Below are positions 47,228-55,892 of a stretch of 64,000 bases of DNA, one piece after another. The number at the start of each line of letters is the position of its first letter. Positions within the stretch are counted from its first letter, which is position 1. Source of the DNA: Borreliella garinii (lineage in GTDB: Bacteria > Spirochaetota > Spirochaetia > JABEVK01). Position numbers and translations under genes: made by a program. The notes beneath the pieces were generated by a model that made no database searches, was not told the DNA's origin, and saw only the letters and a list, made by a program, of their open reading frames with translations. Where the stretch lies: assembly GCA_020720765.1 (NCBI GenBank), contig DYOB01000004.1, positions 945 to 64,944 on the forward strand, read 5' to 3'.

Positions 47228-47256
47228 TTGAGACAGATGGGATTCTTGATTAGAAT
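47228..47256 (+). promoter_or_regulatory. Putative promoter for the five-gene operon starting at 47263; predicts a leaderless transcript
   Basis: TTGAGA (47228-47233), 17 nt spacer, TAGAAT (47251-47256), 6 nt, then ATG 47263. No SD. Confidence 0.45.
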
Positions 47257-47262
47257 CACTTT

Positions 47263-48333
47263 ATGAAAAGTTTTCCGAAAGTTCTTTTAATCCCCGGCCT
47301 TATCCTTATCCTGGGGTTAATTCTCGCTCAAATCTTTTCACCCGATGCAGAACGGGCCTTTTTCAGCAGCCTTACAGATTCTGAAAAAAAACTTTATCAG
47401 GAAATCCGTACCGGCATCAGCCCAGAAGCTGATTTTATACGGATTACTAAACTTGAAAAAGAACTCAGATCCAGAGGAAAATATAAAGAAAATATATTCT
47501 TTCTGAGGGAACAATTCCTTCAGAGAAGAAAAGAAGTCTATGCCGGCTGGTACCTCTATCTAACCTCTGAAAATTATAAACTGTTTCAGCAAATACCTTT
47601 GGCCGTTCAATATTGGCGAACGGCTGAAGCAGCGTATCCGGACCTCATGTACGAAGGGGCTTCCCTGCGCCAGAGACTCTTAGAATCCCTTGTTCAACAC
47701 GTTTCAGATCCTTTTGAGCGTTTGATTCATCTCAAGAAGCTCTTGGCACTCTATGGAACCTCTGAACGCCCTCCATATATCTCGTATCTGATGGGTACAA
47801 CGTATGAGGAAATCGGTAACTGGAACCTTGCCATACAATCTTACTCTTATACGCTGGGCCTACCGTCTGCCAAGTCCGTCCTCGATAAAACCATCTATTC
47901 CCGTATTCGGTCGCTGACAGCCTACCAAAATGCTTCAAGAGCCGGGCTGCGCAGACACCTGAGAACACTTATGGATGAGGTTAAAGAAGGGGTTAAAATC
48001 GGTGACCTTGAGGCTTTAGCACAACTCCAATCCAACTCCGATTTTATCATTCAATATTGGGGACAGGATCAAAATCATCATCCCAAGCCGGACCAGGATA
48101 CTTTTCTTCGAGATTTGGTCCAATTCACCCGAAACATAGAAGGAGAGTCCATCATTCGCTGGGAAGACGAACCGCATTCCCTTTCCAACGAAAACGAAGC
48201 ATATTATAGGACAACAAACTGGTACGCAGAATGGAGAAGCGTCTACTTCTTCTTTCGGCGTGTTTATTACCCCCCAGATACCTCCATCAACGGCAGTTGG
48301 GAATGGGCTGGAATTTATTTAGGAGAACGATGA
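47263..48333 (+). CDS. Hypothetical membrane-anchored protein with helical-repeat region
   Basis: N-terminal anchor VLLIPGLILILGLILAQIF. No catalytic motif. First gene of a coupled string. Confidence 0.6.
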   Translation: MKSFPKVLLIPGLILILGLILAQIFSPDAERAFFSSLTDSEKKLYQEIRTGISPEADFIRITKLEKELRSRGKYKENIFFLREQFLQRRKEVYAGWYLYLTSENYKLFQQIPLAVQYWRTAEAAYPDLMYEGASLRQRLLESLVQHVSDPFERLIHLKKLLALYGTSERPPYISYLMGTTYEEIGNWNLAIQSYSYTLGLPSAKSVLDKTIYSRIRSLTAYQNASRAGLRRHLRTLMDEVKEGVKIGDLEALAQLQSNSDFIIQYWGQDQNHHPKPDQDTFLRDLVQFTRNIEGESIIRWEDEPHSLSNENEAYYRTTNWYAEWRSVYFFFRRVYYPPDTSINGSWEWAGIYLGER

Positions 48334-49619
48334 TGTACAGAACAATTTTATTGCTTATTTTTATGGGAGGCTTTGCCTGGTCAGAGGACACTCTTCCGGC
48401 TGCTGAACCTGAACCGGAGAACGTTCTCATCGCTTCTTCAGATACAAAAACCTTACCAACAGAGCCCGACTATTTAAATACTTGGCTGAATGAAATTCCA
48501 GACCACACTTCAGACCTTGCAACACATTATGAAAACCTCTACCGAACGACACAGGCATCGTATATCACCCGGTCACTTGAAAGGGCACAGCCATACCAGG
48601 ATCTTATTTTTCAGGTCCTGGACGAGTTGAAGGCCCCCAGGGAACTCTTTTATCTCCCCATTATCGAGTCGGCCTTTACAAACACCGCTACTTCGCGCGT
48701 CGGAGCGGCCGGCATGTGGCAATTTATGCCGCGAAGCGCAACCCCCTACGATATGGACGTCAATACATGGCTCGATGAACGCCGTGATTTTTTGAAATCG
48801 ACACGCGGGGCGATTAAAAAACTTATGGATGAGTACGCCATCCTCCAGGATTGGCACCTGACCCTGGCAGCGTACAATTGCGGTGTCGCGCGCATTCAAA
48901 ATATTTGGCGCCGTTATGGGAAAATCACCTTTTGGGAAATGTCGGAAAGAAGGCTTTTGCCAAGAGAAACGATCCATTACGTCCCCAAATTTCTCGCTTC
49001 TGTCCGTGTTGCGTCCCAGCCTGGACGGATGAATTTCCCCATCAGCTGGGAACCCAATACCCAATGGGCGGTTGTCACGATCAACCACCAGGCGGACATC
49101 CGGCTTCTCGCAAGAACAGCCGGCGTGGACTATAATATGCTCAGGGCTTTTAACAGAGAATTACGGTACAGCGTCACCCCGCAGGGTGAATACGACCTAA
49201 AAGTTCCTTTAGAATGGGAAGAAAAAATCAGAAAAGCCCTAGAGGATCCGGAACTCACCAGGATGCGCTTTACACTTCACCGCATCCGAAGGGGAGATAC
49301 CCTTTCCGAGTTGTCCAGGCAATTCTCGGTCGAAGTATCCATGATCCAAAGGTACAACCCCGGACTTCAACCCACCCGTTTAAGACTCAATCAAACTCTT
49401 ATCATTCCCCAGCTAGGGGCCATTTCAGGTCAGCCGTTAGCTGTTTCACGGCCCGCTTCGACCTACAGGGTACGAAGTGGCGACAACCTTTGGAATTTAT
49501 CACGACGCTGGAATACAACAGTTGAAGCCATCCGTTTAGCCAATTCTTTACCACACAATTCTGTTTTGAGGATCGGGCAAACCCTTCGAATACCCTCTTC
49601 CAGGAGAAGCGAAGCGTGA
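48330..49619 (+). CDS. MltD-like lytic transglycosylase with two LysM domains
   Basis: ATG 48330 follows the SD AGGAG and overlaps the upstream stop. SLT catalytic region LPIIESAFTNTATSRVGAAGMWQFMP. LysM repeats HRIRRGDTLSELSRQF and YRVRSGDNLWNLSRRW. Confidence 0.88.
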   Translation: MMYRTILLLIFMGGFAWSEDTLPAAEPEPENVLIASSDTKTLPTEPDYLNTWLNEIPDHTSDLATHYENLYRTTQASYITRSLERAQPYQDLIFQVLDELKAPRELFYLPIIESAFTNTATSRVGAAGMWQFMPRSATPYDMDVNTWLDERRDFLKSTRGAIKKLMDEYAILQDWHLTLAAYNCGVARIQNIWRRYGKITFWEMSERRLLPRETIHYVPKFLASVRVASQPGRMNFPISWEPNTQWAVVTINHQADIRLLARTAGVDYNMLRAFNRELRYSVTPQGEYDLKVPLEWEEKIRKALEDPELTRMRFTLHRIRRGDTLSELSRQFSVEVSMIQRYNPGLQPTRLRLNQTLIIPQLGAISGQPLAVSRPASTYRVRSGDNLWNLSRRWNTTVEAIRLANSLPHNSVLRIGQTLRIPSSRRSEA

Positions 49620-50443
49620 GGTTTCTTTTAGGTTGGGCTCTTCTTATCTTGGGTCCGGTGCTTTTCTCGCAGGACTTCCAGTCCCAGGTAAAAATCTTTT
49701 GGCCCGAAAACCTTTTGGTCATTGTGGTGGAGACGCCACTGCTTCCCGGTCAGGTTCTCCCTATTCGTCGGCTTCAAACCGAGAACCTTGTGAAGGAAAA
49801 CCTGCCCTCTATTGTTTTCAGTGCAGTTTCACCCATCATTGTGGACAATGAAGGAACTATAGCCCAGTATACTTTGAGAAAATCCGAACTTTATGCGTAT
49901 TTCTCGGGCCTGAGCGGAGCAGTTATCCAAGATTTCAGCAGAACAAGCAACGATTTCTCAAAACTCTCTGTGCGCTATAGTCTGGAGTTGACTAAACTTG
50001 CAGCCCCCTTTATCAGACACGATATCAATGTGGTTATTTCGCCCACCTTGGGCTATCAAAATTCAGCAGATTTCACTGGCCTTGTTATCTATGCCCGTGG
50101 CGAACTCCCTGTTCACGGGGAGAGAACAACTTCAACACTTCAACCTTCGCTCTTCCCAAGGCTTTTGGATGAGAATACAGACGTTATTTTAAGCAGAGAG
50201 GCCCTTTCACCCGAGATTTTAAGAAAACAATCCATGGTTGTTTATACCCAAGATCTTGCTGAACCTCCATTTCGAGATAGAATTGGTTCCCGTCCTTTAA
50301 GAATTGCGGCAAAAGCCCTTTTTGGAACATTGAGGACTGATATCATCATCCTCAATTCCGATGCTGATATGATCCGCTCGGTCGAATCAGGCCGGCAGGT
50401 CTTGGCCCAGGGAAGAATCCTGATTATTGTAGATCCAGAATGA
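49616..50443 (+). CDS. Hypothetical exported protein
   Basis: The GTG start overlaps the upstream stop. Signal peptide MRFLLGWALLILGPVLFSQ. No motif recognised. Confidence 0.6.
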   Translation: MRFLLGWALLILGPVLFSQDFQSQVKIFWPENLLVIVVETPLLPGQVLPIRRLQTENLVKENLPSIVFSAVSPIIVDNEGTIAQYTLRKSELYAYFSGLSGAVIQDFSRTSNDFSKLSVRYSLELTKLAAPFIRHDINVVISPTLGYQNSADFTGLVIYARGELPVHGERTTSTLQPSLFPRLLDENTDVILSREALSPEILRKQSMVVYTQDLAEPPFRDRIGSRPLRIAAKALFGTLRTDIIILNSDADMIRSVESGRQVLAQGRILIIVDPE

Positions 50444-51876
50444 AACTTTTTTATAAGATTGCAGTTCTCTTTTACCTCTTTGGAAGTTGTCAGCCACCGG
50501 AGACACCCTATGCTGTCATGATTTGGGCTCAGGAAGGGAGCGTACTCACCGATGGCTCGGTTTTTTCCATTAAAGAAAGGAGACAAAGTCCCAAGGGTAC
50601 TGAACTTCACCTCCTTCCTGAAACAGGGGACGGAGAATGGGTTGAAGAATGGCGGGTTTTGGAGTTTCCAAGCAAGACCCAAGCCATGGCATCCCTTCCC
50701 TTAATCCTTGAAAAACGTTCGACCCTCGCCTTGGGCTCCAGATTGTGGTTCCAACCCGATCCCTATTCGGAGATTGTACTCGTCCTCGGTAAAGGAAAAA
50801 ACATACGGATTCTTTCCCAACAGGTGCAGGGGGAAGGCAGAACTGTATCCTGGGCTTATGTACTTACGGATGAAGGAATCAAAGGTTGGATCCCTATGTA
50901 TATGCTGACAGAAGGCCTTCCAGAATTCAGGGTTAGAACACTGACTCAATTGATTGAGAAAGGACCTTGGAAACCCTCATCTTTTTTAGAAATGATCAAG
51001 ACAGAACGCGTATCCCTTAAAGCCTTTCAAAATGATTTGGGACTTTCGCTGATACCTGAAGAAGGACGGCTTACCATAACCTTGATGGAGGGCGGTTCTC
51101 CTGTAAGGGAAGACTTCAGGTTTACATCTTTTTCTGAAAAGGAACAAGCAGAAGGAGTCTTTTATGGCGAAGGCGTTATCCCGCTTCGCATTCAATGGAA
51201 AGAGGAGAATAAAATTCTTCTTTTCTTACCTGGTGGTGACTCTGACAGAATTTTAGAGTTTGTTTCTTTCTCCGGCACCTTAGGTGAAAGGGACCAATTA
51301 ACCGAAGCTGTTAGCAGAGAACTCGCGGAAAGAAGCATTCTCCTTGACTCACTGAGTTTGATGAGCCGAAGATGGAGCAGTGCAGCTTACGGGTCCCTCG
51401 AAATTAAAAAAAATGGCGACTTTAGTTGGGAGGGGCCGGACAGGCTCCTACCCTATCTCACCCAGATTATCTTTCCCACCCTGGCCATTGGGGAAGTAAC
51501 ACCTCAATTCCCTGATTCAGTTTCCCCGTGGTTTGGTGCCGATAAGCACGGTGGATACCTTGAATTGACAGATGGAGAATCCCTTTACGCATGGGAGGGC
51601 AGGGTCAGTTTTGATATTTTTACCCCTCTTCCAAAAAATACGAAAACCATCGGAATCCATTCCTCGGGAGTAACCAGGGGTCTCCTATTCCAACTTAAAA
51701 ACGCCGACGCTGCGGGTCTTCCCTTTGCTGTCGGTATTGAAAAAACCGCCGACAGGGTGTTGGGTCTTATCCTCGTTCCTCTTTCCCCCTTACTTTTCGG
51801 AACTGAAGGCGCCTATAGCGAAACCCTGCCCGAAAAACCGATCACTTTATATTTTGAACCAGAACTCGACGGATGA
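50440..51876 (+). CDS. Hypothetical lipoprotein, possible SH3b-like segment
   Basis: ATGA overlap. Lipobox LFGSC. Segment VSWAYVLTDEGIKGWIPMYML resembles bacterial SH3. Confidence 0.6.
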   Translation: MKLFYKIAVLFYLFGSCQPPETPYAVMIWAQEGSVLTDGSVFSIKERRQSPKGTELHLLPETGDGEWVEEWRVLEFPSKTQAMASLPLILEKRSTLALGSRLWFQPDPYSEIVLVLGKGKNIRILSQQVQGEGRTVSWAYVLTDEGIKGWIPMYMLTEGLPEFRVRTLTQLIEKGPWKPSSFLEMIKTERVSLKAFQNDLGLSLIPEEGRLTITLMEGGSPVREDFRFTSFSEKEQAEGVFYGEGVIPLRIQWKEENKILLFLPGGDSDRILEFVSFSGTLGERDQLTEAVSRELAERSILLDSLSLMSRRWSSAAYGSLEIKKNGDFSWEGPDRLLPYLTQIIFPTLAIGEVTPQFPDSVSPWFGADKHGGYLELTDGESLYAWEGRVSFDIFTPLPKNTKTIGIHSSGVTRGLLFQLKNADAAGLPFAVGIEKTADRVLGLILVPLSPLLFGTEGAYSETLPEKPITLYFEPELDG

Positions 51877-53816
51877 GTTTTCTCAGGGCACAGAATATTT
51901 GCCTCTCTTTAGGACTCAGGGACCTTCTGAAAGATGTCAATATCCATATGGGTTTATCCTCCAGGACCGCCCTGATAGGCGCCAATGGTTCGGGTAAAAG
52001 TACGCTTCTCAGCATTCTCTCTGGTGAGAGACCTTCTGACAGCGGGAGTGTGCTTCGAGCAGAGAGTCTAAGGCTTGGCTATCTAAAACAGGGAACCATG
52101 GAACTAAAAAACACCACTCCATGGGACCTCGCCTTGGAAGGATTTTCCGACCTTCAGAAAGTTCTTGAAAAGAAACAAACCGAAGAACAGGCCCTAGACG
52201 AAAATCTTAATCCGGCTGCCACCCAAGCTCTTCTTGAATCCATTCATGAAAAAGAAGAGTTTCTGAGTAGAGAAGGTTGGTGGGAAAGGGAAAGCGAAAC
52301 CCAGAAAGTTCTTACAGGTCTCGGTTTTCGTAATATCGAACTCCATAGGCCCTTGGAGGAATTCTCCGGGGGCTGGAAATTGCGCGCAGCACTCGCTAAA
52401 GCTCTTCTCGCCCGCCCTGAAATTCTCCTGCTCGATGAACCTACAAACTACCTCGACTTTGAAAGCAAGGAATGGCTTTTAAAATTTCTGATGAACATCG
52501 AAGCCGGTATTCTTATAGTCAGCCACGATAGGGATTTTCTCGACAGGCTTGTGACTTCAACGGCAGAAATTCACTTTGGACGTCTTAAGGTTTACGCTGG
52601 TAACTACTCTCAATACGAAGAAGCACGTGCCATGGAACTAGAACAGTTAAACCGTCAAGGCGTTAAACAAGAAAAACACGCTAAAAAACTCGAGAAGTTT
52701 ATCGGCAGATTCAGGTATAAAAGCTCGAAAGCAGCCCAAGTTCAAAGCAGAATAAAAGAGCTCGAACGCATTCCCGACCTAGAAATCCCTGATCATCTCA
52801 AACGTATACAAATTCAGATTCCTCCCCCGCCGCATAGTGGTAAAATTCTACTTACAGCGGAGGATCTTACAAAAAATTACGGGACGCATACGGTTTTCAG
52901 CGGCCTAAATCTCACTATAAAAACAGGTGAGAAAATAGCAGTATCAGGTGTGAACGGGTCAGGTAAAACAACCCTTCTGCGCATTTTAGCAGGAAAAGAC
53001 ACAAACCACTTGGGTTCCGTGCTTCCTGGTACCGGATTAAAAACAGGTTATTTTGCCCAAGAATACGAAACCCTTCACACCGCTTCGCTCGTTAAAAACT
53101 ATGCAAAGGAACATTGTCCAAACCGCACCGAACAAGAAATACTCAACGTCCTTGGTGCTTTTTTATTTTCCGGAGACGACCTTGAAAAACGAGTGGGTGT
53201 GCTTTCGGGGGGTGAAAAAAACCGCCTCGTTATGGCGACCTTGCTTTTGGGCTCCTACAACCTTCTCGTTCTCGACGAACCCACAAACCATCTCGATCTC
53301 AATTCAAAAGAAATCCTCCTTTCAGCATTGGACGAGTGGGAAGGTACAGTAGTTTTTGTCAGTCATGATAGGTTTTTCCTTATGAACCTTGCTCAAAGGG
53401 TCATAGCCTTAAAACAACAAAAATGGCTGGATTATCCCGGCACCTGGGAAGAATGGGAAAATCACGAGATTCTTCAAAACCAACCGGCTAATATCAAACA
53501 CGTCCTTTCCGCAGTAGGAACCTCTTCTTCGGAGTTAATCAGGAGGTCGACCAAGGAACTTCAGGCGAAAAACAAGAAACTTCAAAAAGAAGAGTCGCTC
53601 CTTCTCGACGAAATAGAAAAAAAAGAAAAGCAATTGCACGAGATACAGGAAGAGATGAGTTTACCGGAAAATTATTCTGTAGGCGGTCGTATTCAGAGTC
53701 TGCAGGAACGTCTTGCTGAAACCCAATCGAACCTAGAAAGACTTCACCTCAGTTGGGCGGATTGCGCAGAAGAACTCGAAAAACTCCGCCTGGAAATTAA
53801 TGGCGAAGGTCAATAA
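51873..53816 (+). CDS. ABC-F family ATPase (Uup-like, C-terminal coiled coil)
   Basis: Two NBDs and no TM domain. NBD1 has GANGSGKST, LSGGWKLRAALAKAL and LLLDEPTN. NBD2 has GVNGSGKTT, LSGGEKNRLVMATLL and LVLDEPTN. The C-terminus is a charged coiled coil. Confidence 0.9.
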   Translation: MSFLRAQNICLSLGLRDLLKDVNIHMGLSSRTALIGANGSGKSTLLSILSGERPSDSGSVLRAESLRLGYLKQGTMELKNTTPWDLALEGFSDLQKVLEKKQTEEQALDENLNPAATQALLESIHEKEEFLSREGWWERESETQKVLTGLGFRNIELHRPLEEFSGGWKLRAALAKALLARPEILLLDEPTNYLDFESKEWLLKFLMNIEAGILIVSHDRDFLDRLVTSTAEIHFGRLKVYAGNYSQYEEARAMELEQLNRQGVKQEKHAKKLEKFIGRFRYKSSKAAQVQSRIKELERIPDLEIPDHLKRIQIQIPPPPHSGKILLTAEDLTKNYGTHTVFSGLNLTIKTGEKIAVSGVNGSGKTTLLRILAGKDTNHLGSVLPGTGLKTGYFAQEYETLHTASLVKNYAKEHCPNRTEQEILNVLGAFLFSGDDLEKRVGVLSGGEKNRLVMATLLLGSYNLLVLDEPTNHLDLNSKEILLSALDEWEGTVVFVSHDRFFLMNLAQRVIALKQQKWLDYPGTWEEWENHEILQNQPANIKHVLSAVGTSSSELIRRSTKELQAKNKKLQKEESLLLDEIEKKEKQLHEIQEEMSLPENYSVGGRIQSLQERLAETQSNLERLHLSWADCAEELEKLRLEINGEGQ

Positions 53817-54270
53817 GGAGACCGCGCAATTCATCGGTTTTTCTCAAAAGTTCCATTTGGTCTTTTTGACCTTGAAGGACAGCTGTAACCAAACTCTCTA
53901 GTTTAGCATTGATATTGCGGAGTAGTGTGTATTGTGGACGGCTATGATCCTTCCTCAGGTGTCCTGTATGCGTTTCTGTTGTAAAAGTATGCTGAACAAT
54001 GGCCTCAAGGAACTTACCTACCGCCTGTCTGTAGTTTTGGGCTGTCCTCACCCCGGGTTCACCCACAAGGCTTGCACCGCTTTCGAAGACCTCATCCAGG
54101 AGTTTACCGATTTCGTCCTCCGCGATGCGTTCAAGCGATACTTCGGTAGACTTTTGAGTCTCAAGGGTACTTTTGAATCCTGTTTTTGAATTACCCTTCG
54201 CCTTTTCTGTCTTTTTCTCGTCATGAGGTTTAAAAAAAGGATTGAGGTTTCGGTTGGTTACGGGTTCCAA
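53797..54270 (-). CDS. DUF327 (YaaR-like) family protein
   Basis: Colinear resemblance to B. subtilis YaaR as I recall it: LLDEVFESGASLV...YRQAVGKFLEAIVQ and a C-terminal ...AKLESLVTAVLQGQKDQMELLRKTDELRGLLIDL. The TTG start overlaps the bactofilin 3' end by 13 nt. Confidence 0.7.
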   Translation of the reverse strand: MEPVTNRNLNPFFKPHDEKKTEKAKGNSKTGFKSTLETQKSTEVSLERIAEDEIGKLLDEVFESGASLVGEPGVRTAQNYRQAVGKFLEAIVQHTFTTETHTGHLRKDHSRPQYTLLRNINAKLESLVTAVLQGQKDQMELLRKTDELRGLLIDLRH

Positions 54271-54707
54271 AATGAGCGGTTTTCTGAAGTTTTCTTATCC
54301 TTTTTCAAGGTCTCAGAGACAGAGTAATAATCTTTATTTTGGAAGGCGGGATGGAGACTTTCTGTAACCTGGGGTGTGATATGGCAGACACCATCGATGA
54401 TTGCTTCAACGTCTATTTGAAGGGAAGGACTCGTAATTTTCCCCAGTACCAAGCCGCTCTGTAGAACCTGAACTTTATCACTGGCTACAATATCGCCTTT
54501 GAGAACCCCTCCGATGGTTATTTCTTTCGCTCTTATATCCGCCTTCATTCTTCCAGTCCGTGAAAGTAAAACCTTACCTTTTGTGGTGAGGGTACCCAGG
54601 AAATCACCATCAATACGAACCTGTCCCGTGGTTTCAAGCTCACCTTTAAAGGTCGTTCCCTCTCCTATTAGGGTGTTGATAAAGTCATCGTCATTCTTGG
54701 TAGCCAT
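54258..54707 (-). CDS. Bactofilin (polymer-forming cytoskeletal protein)
   Basis: Repetitive beta-helix pattern TLIGEGTTFKGELETTGQVRIDGDFLGTLTTKGKVLLSRTGRMKADIRAKEITIGGVLKGDIVASDKVQVLQSGLVLGKITSPSLQIDVEAIIDG. The start shares one nucleotide with the M23 stop. Confidence 0.88.
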   Translation of the reverse strand: MATKNDDDFINTLIGEGTTFKGELETTGQVRIDGDFLGTLTTKGKVLLSRTGRMKADIRAKEITIGGVLKGDIVASDKVQVLQSGLVLGKITSPSLQIDVEAIIDGVCHITPQVTESLHPAFQNKDYYSVSETLKKDKKTSENRSFWNP

Positions 54708-55735
54708 CAGCGCCTATCCGCGAACCCGGATGAGATATTAAGGTAAGAGGCTGGATCTACGACCTGCTTTGCAATACGTACTTCATAATGCAGGTGGGGT
54801 CCGGTGGACATTCCCGTGGAACCCAGGGCGCCGATCAAGGTCCCTCTTTTCACTATATCACCTTTAGCGACATAAGCTCTCTGCATATGTGCATAAAGAG
54901 TGGAAAATCCATAGCTATGCTCAACTACGACGTGAATACCATAACCCATGACGTCGTATGCGACTTTACCCACAACACCGTTTGCAGTCGAAACCACCGG
55001 AGTACCGATACGATGGGCAATGTCCATACCTGTATGGGTGTACCATTTACCTGTAAATGGATGAATTGCCGGTCCGAAAGGAAAGGTAACCCAACCTATA
55101 CCCCCCTGAAGGGGCCAAAGGGTGGGAATATCCAAAAGCAGTTTCTTCTGTGACTGGAGAACGTTGCCTATTTCACCAAGCGGGGTAATACTTCCTGCAA
55201 GAAACGACCGCATATTGCGGAGTTCACCGACTTCCCACAGCGAACCGCTTTCGAGCTGTTCCATTCCCTGAATTCCTAAAAGGTCGCCCTCAGCACCTGA
55301 TGATGTATTTGTTTGGGGAGGACGGGCACCTATCACACCTAAAGTCGTACTCAAGGACTCTTCAAACAACCTGGTAACTTTTTGAAGTTCGCCGACTTCC
55401 GTCTGTACAGCTTGAATATTCGCCTGGGCTTCACCCAATTCCTGGTTTGAATTGGACAAACTTCTGTTCAAATCAGTCCACTGAACAGAGGTAACTATGA
55501 GGATACCAGCACCAGTAACAAGTGCAAGACCAAAAAAAACTAGGGTAAAAACAGATATTTTAAGGTTAAAAATCTTGTTCTGCGAATGGGGAACAAGCAT
55601 AATGGTGAACTTTCGGCTGCCTTCAGCCTTGATTTTTGAAAAGAAACCCATAAGATTCGCCAAAAAATGGGTAAAACCCGATTTTAGTCCCCTAGCAATC
55701 TTCGTTTCTACTTTTTTGTATTGGCCTGCGGACAA
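54707..55735 (-). CDS. M23 family (LytM-type) metallopeptidase, membrane-anchored
   Basis: HTGMDIA (HxxxD) and GSTGMSTGPHLHYEVR (HxH). One TM helix and a coiled coil. The preferred start is TTG 55735, 6 nt after the SD GAGGTGG. The ORF track start at 55798 coincides with a -35-like TTGACA. ATG 55651 is also possible. Confidence 0.85.
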   Translation of the reverse strand: MSAGQYKKVETKIARGLKSGFTHFLANLMGFFSKIKAEGSRKFTIMLVPHSQNKIFNLKISVFTLVFFGLALVTGAGILIVTSVQWTDLNRSLSNSNQELGEAQANIQAVQTEVGELQKVTRLFEESLSTTLGVIGARPPQTNTSSGAEGDLLGIQGMEQLESGSLWEVGELRNMRSFLAGSITPLGEIGNVLQSQKKLLLDIPTLWPLQGGIGWVTFPFGPAIHPFTGKWYTHTGMDIAHRIGTPVVSTANGVVGKVAYDVMGYGIHVVVEHSYGFSTLYAHMQRAYVAKGDIVKRGTLIGALGSTGMSTGPHLHYEVRIAKQVVDPASYLNISSGFADRR

Positions 55736-55769
55736 GTTCCACCTCTTCCTGAAAATTATCGACTTATTA

Positions 55770-55798
55770 ACTTTATATGTGAATGATTTTATTGTCAA
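55770..55798 (-). promoter_or_regulatory. Putative promoter for the M23-bactofilin-DUF327 operon
   Basis: On the minus strand: TTGACA (55793-55798), 17 nt spacer, TAAAGT (55770-55775). Confidence 0.4.
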
Positions 55799-55801
55799 GC
55801 C

Positions 55802-55831
55802 TTGACCCTAAAATCATTTATAGTTTATACT
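55802..55831 (+). promoter_or_regulatory. Putative promoter for the TatD-family gene
   Basis: TTGACC (55802-55807), 18 nt spacer, TATACT (55826-55831). Leader with the SD AGGAGA before TTG 55893. Confidence 0.4.
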
Positions 55832-55892
55832 GAATCCATCAAAATATAGTCCAGCGGCTCATTTTCCGCAGGGGCGGAACCAGGAGACGGGA

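Noticed and set aside
47240-47257. Inverted repeat GATTCT-tgatt-AGAATC just upstream of ATG 47263 as an operator or RBS-sequestering hairpin
   Set aside because: It overlaps the proposed -10 (TAGAAT), there is no SD to sequester, and the 6-bp arms are short. It may be fortuitous.
55736-55798. Longest-ORF start (TTG 55798) for the M23 peptidase
   Set aside because: This TTG is part of a TTGACA hexamer with a matching -10 at 17 nt and belongs to a palindromic divergent-promoter arrangement. A downstream TTG (55735) has a proper SD. Confidence in the exact start remains moderate.
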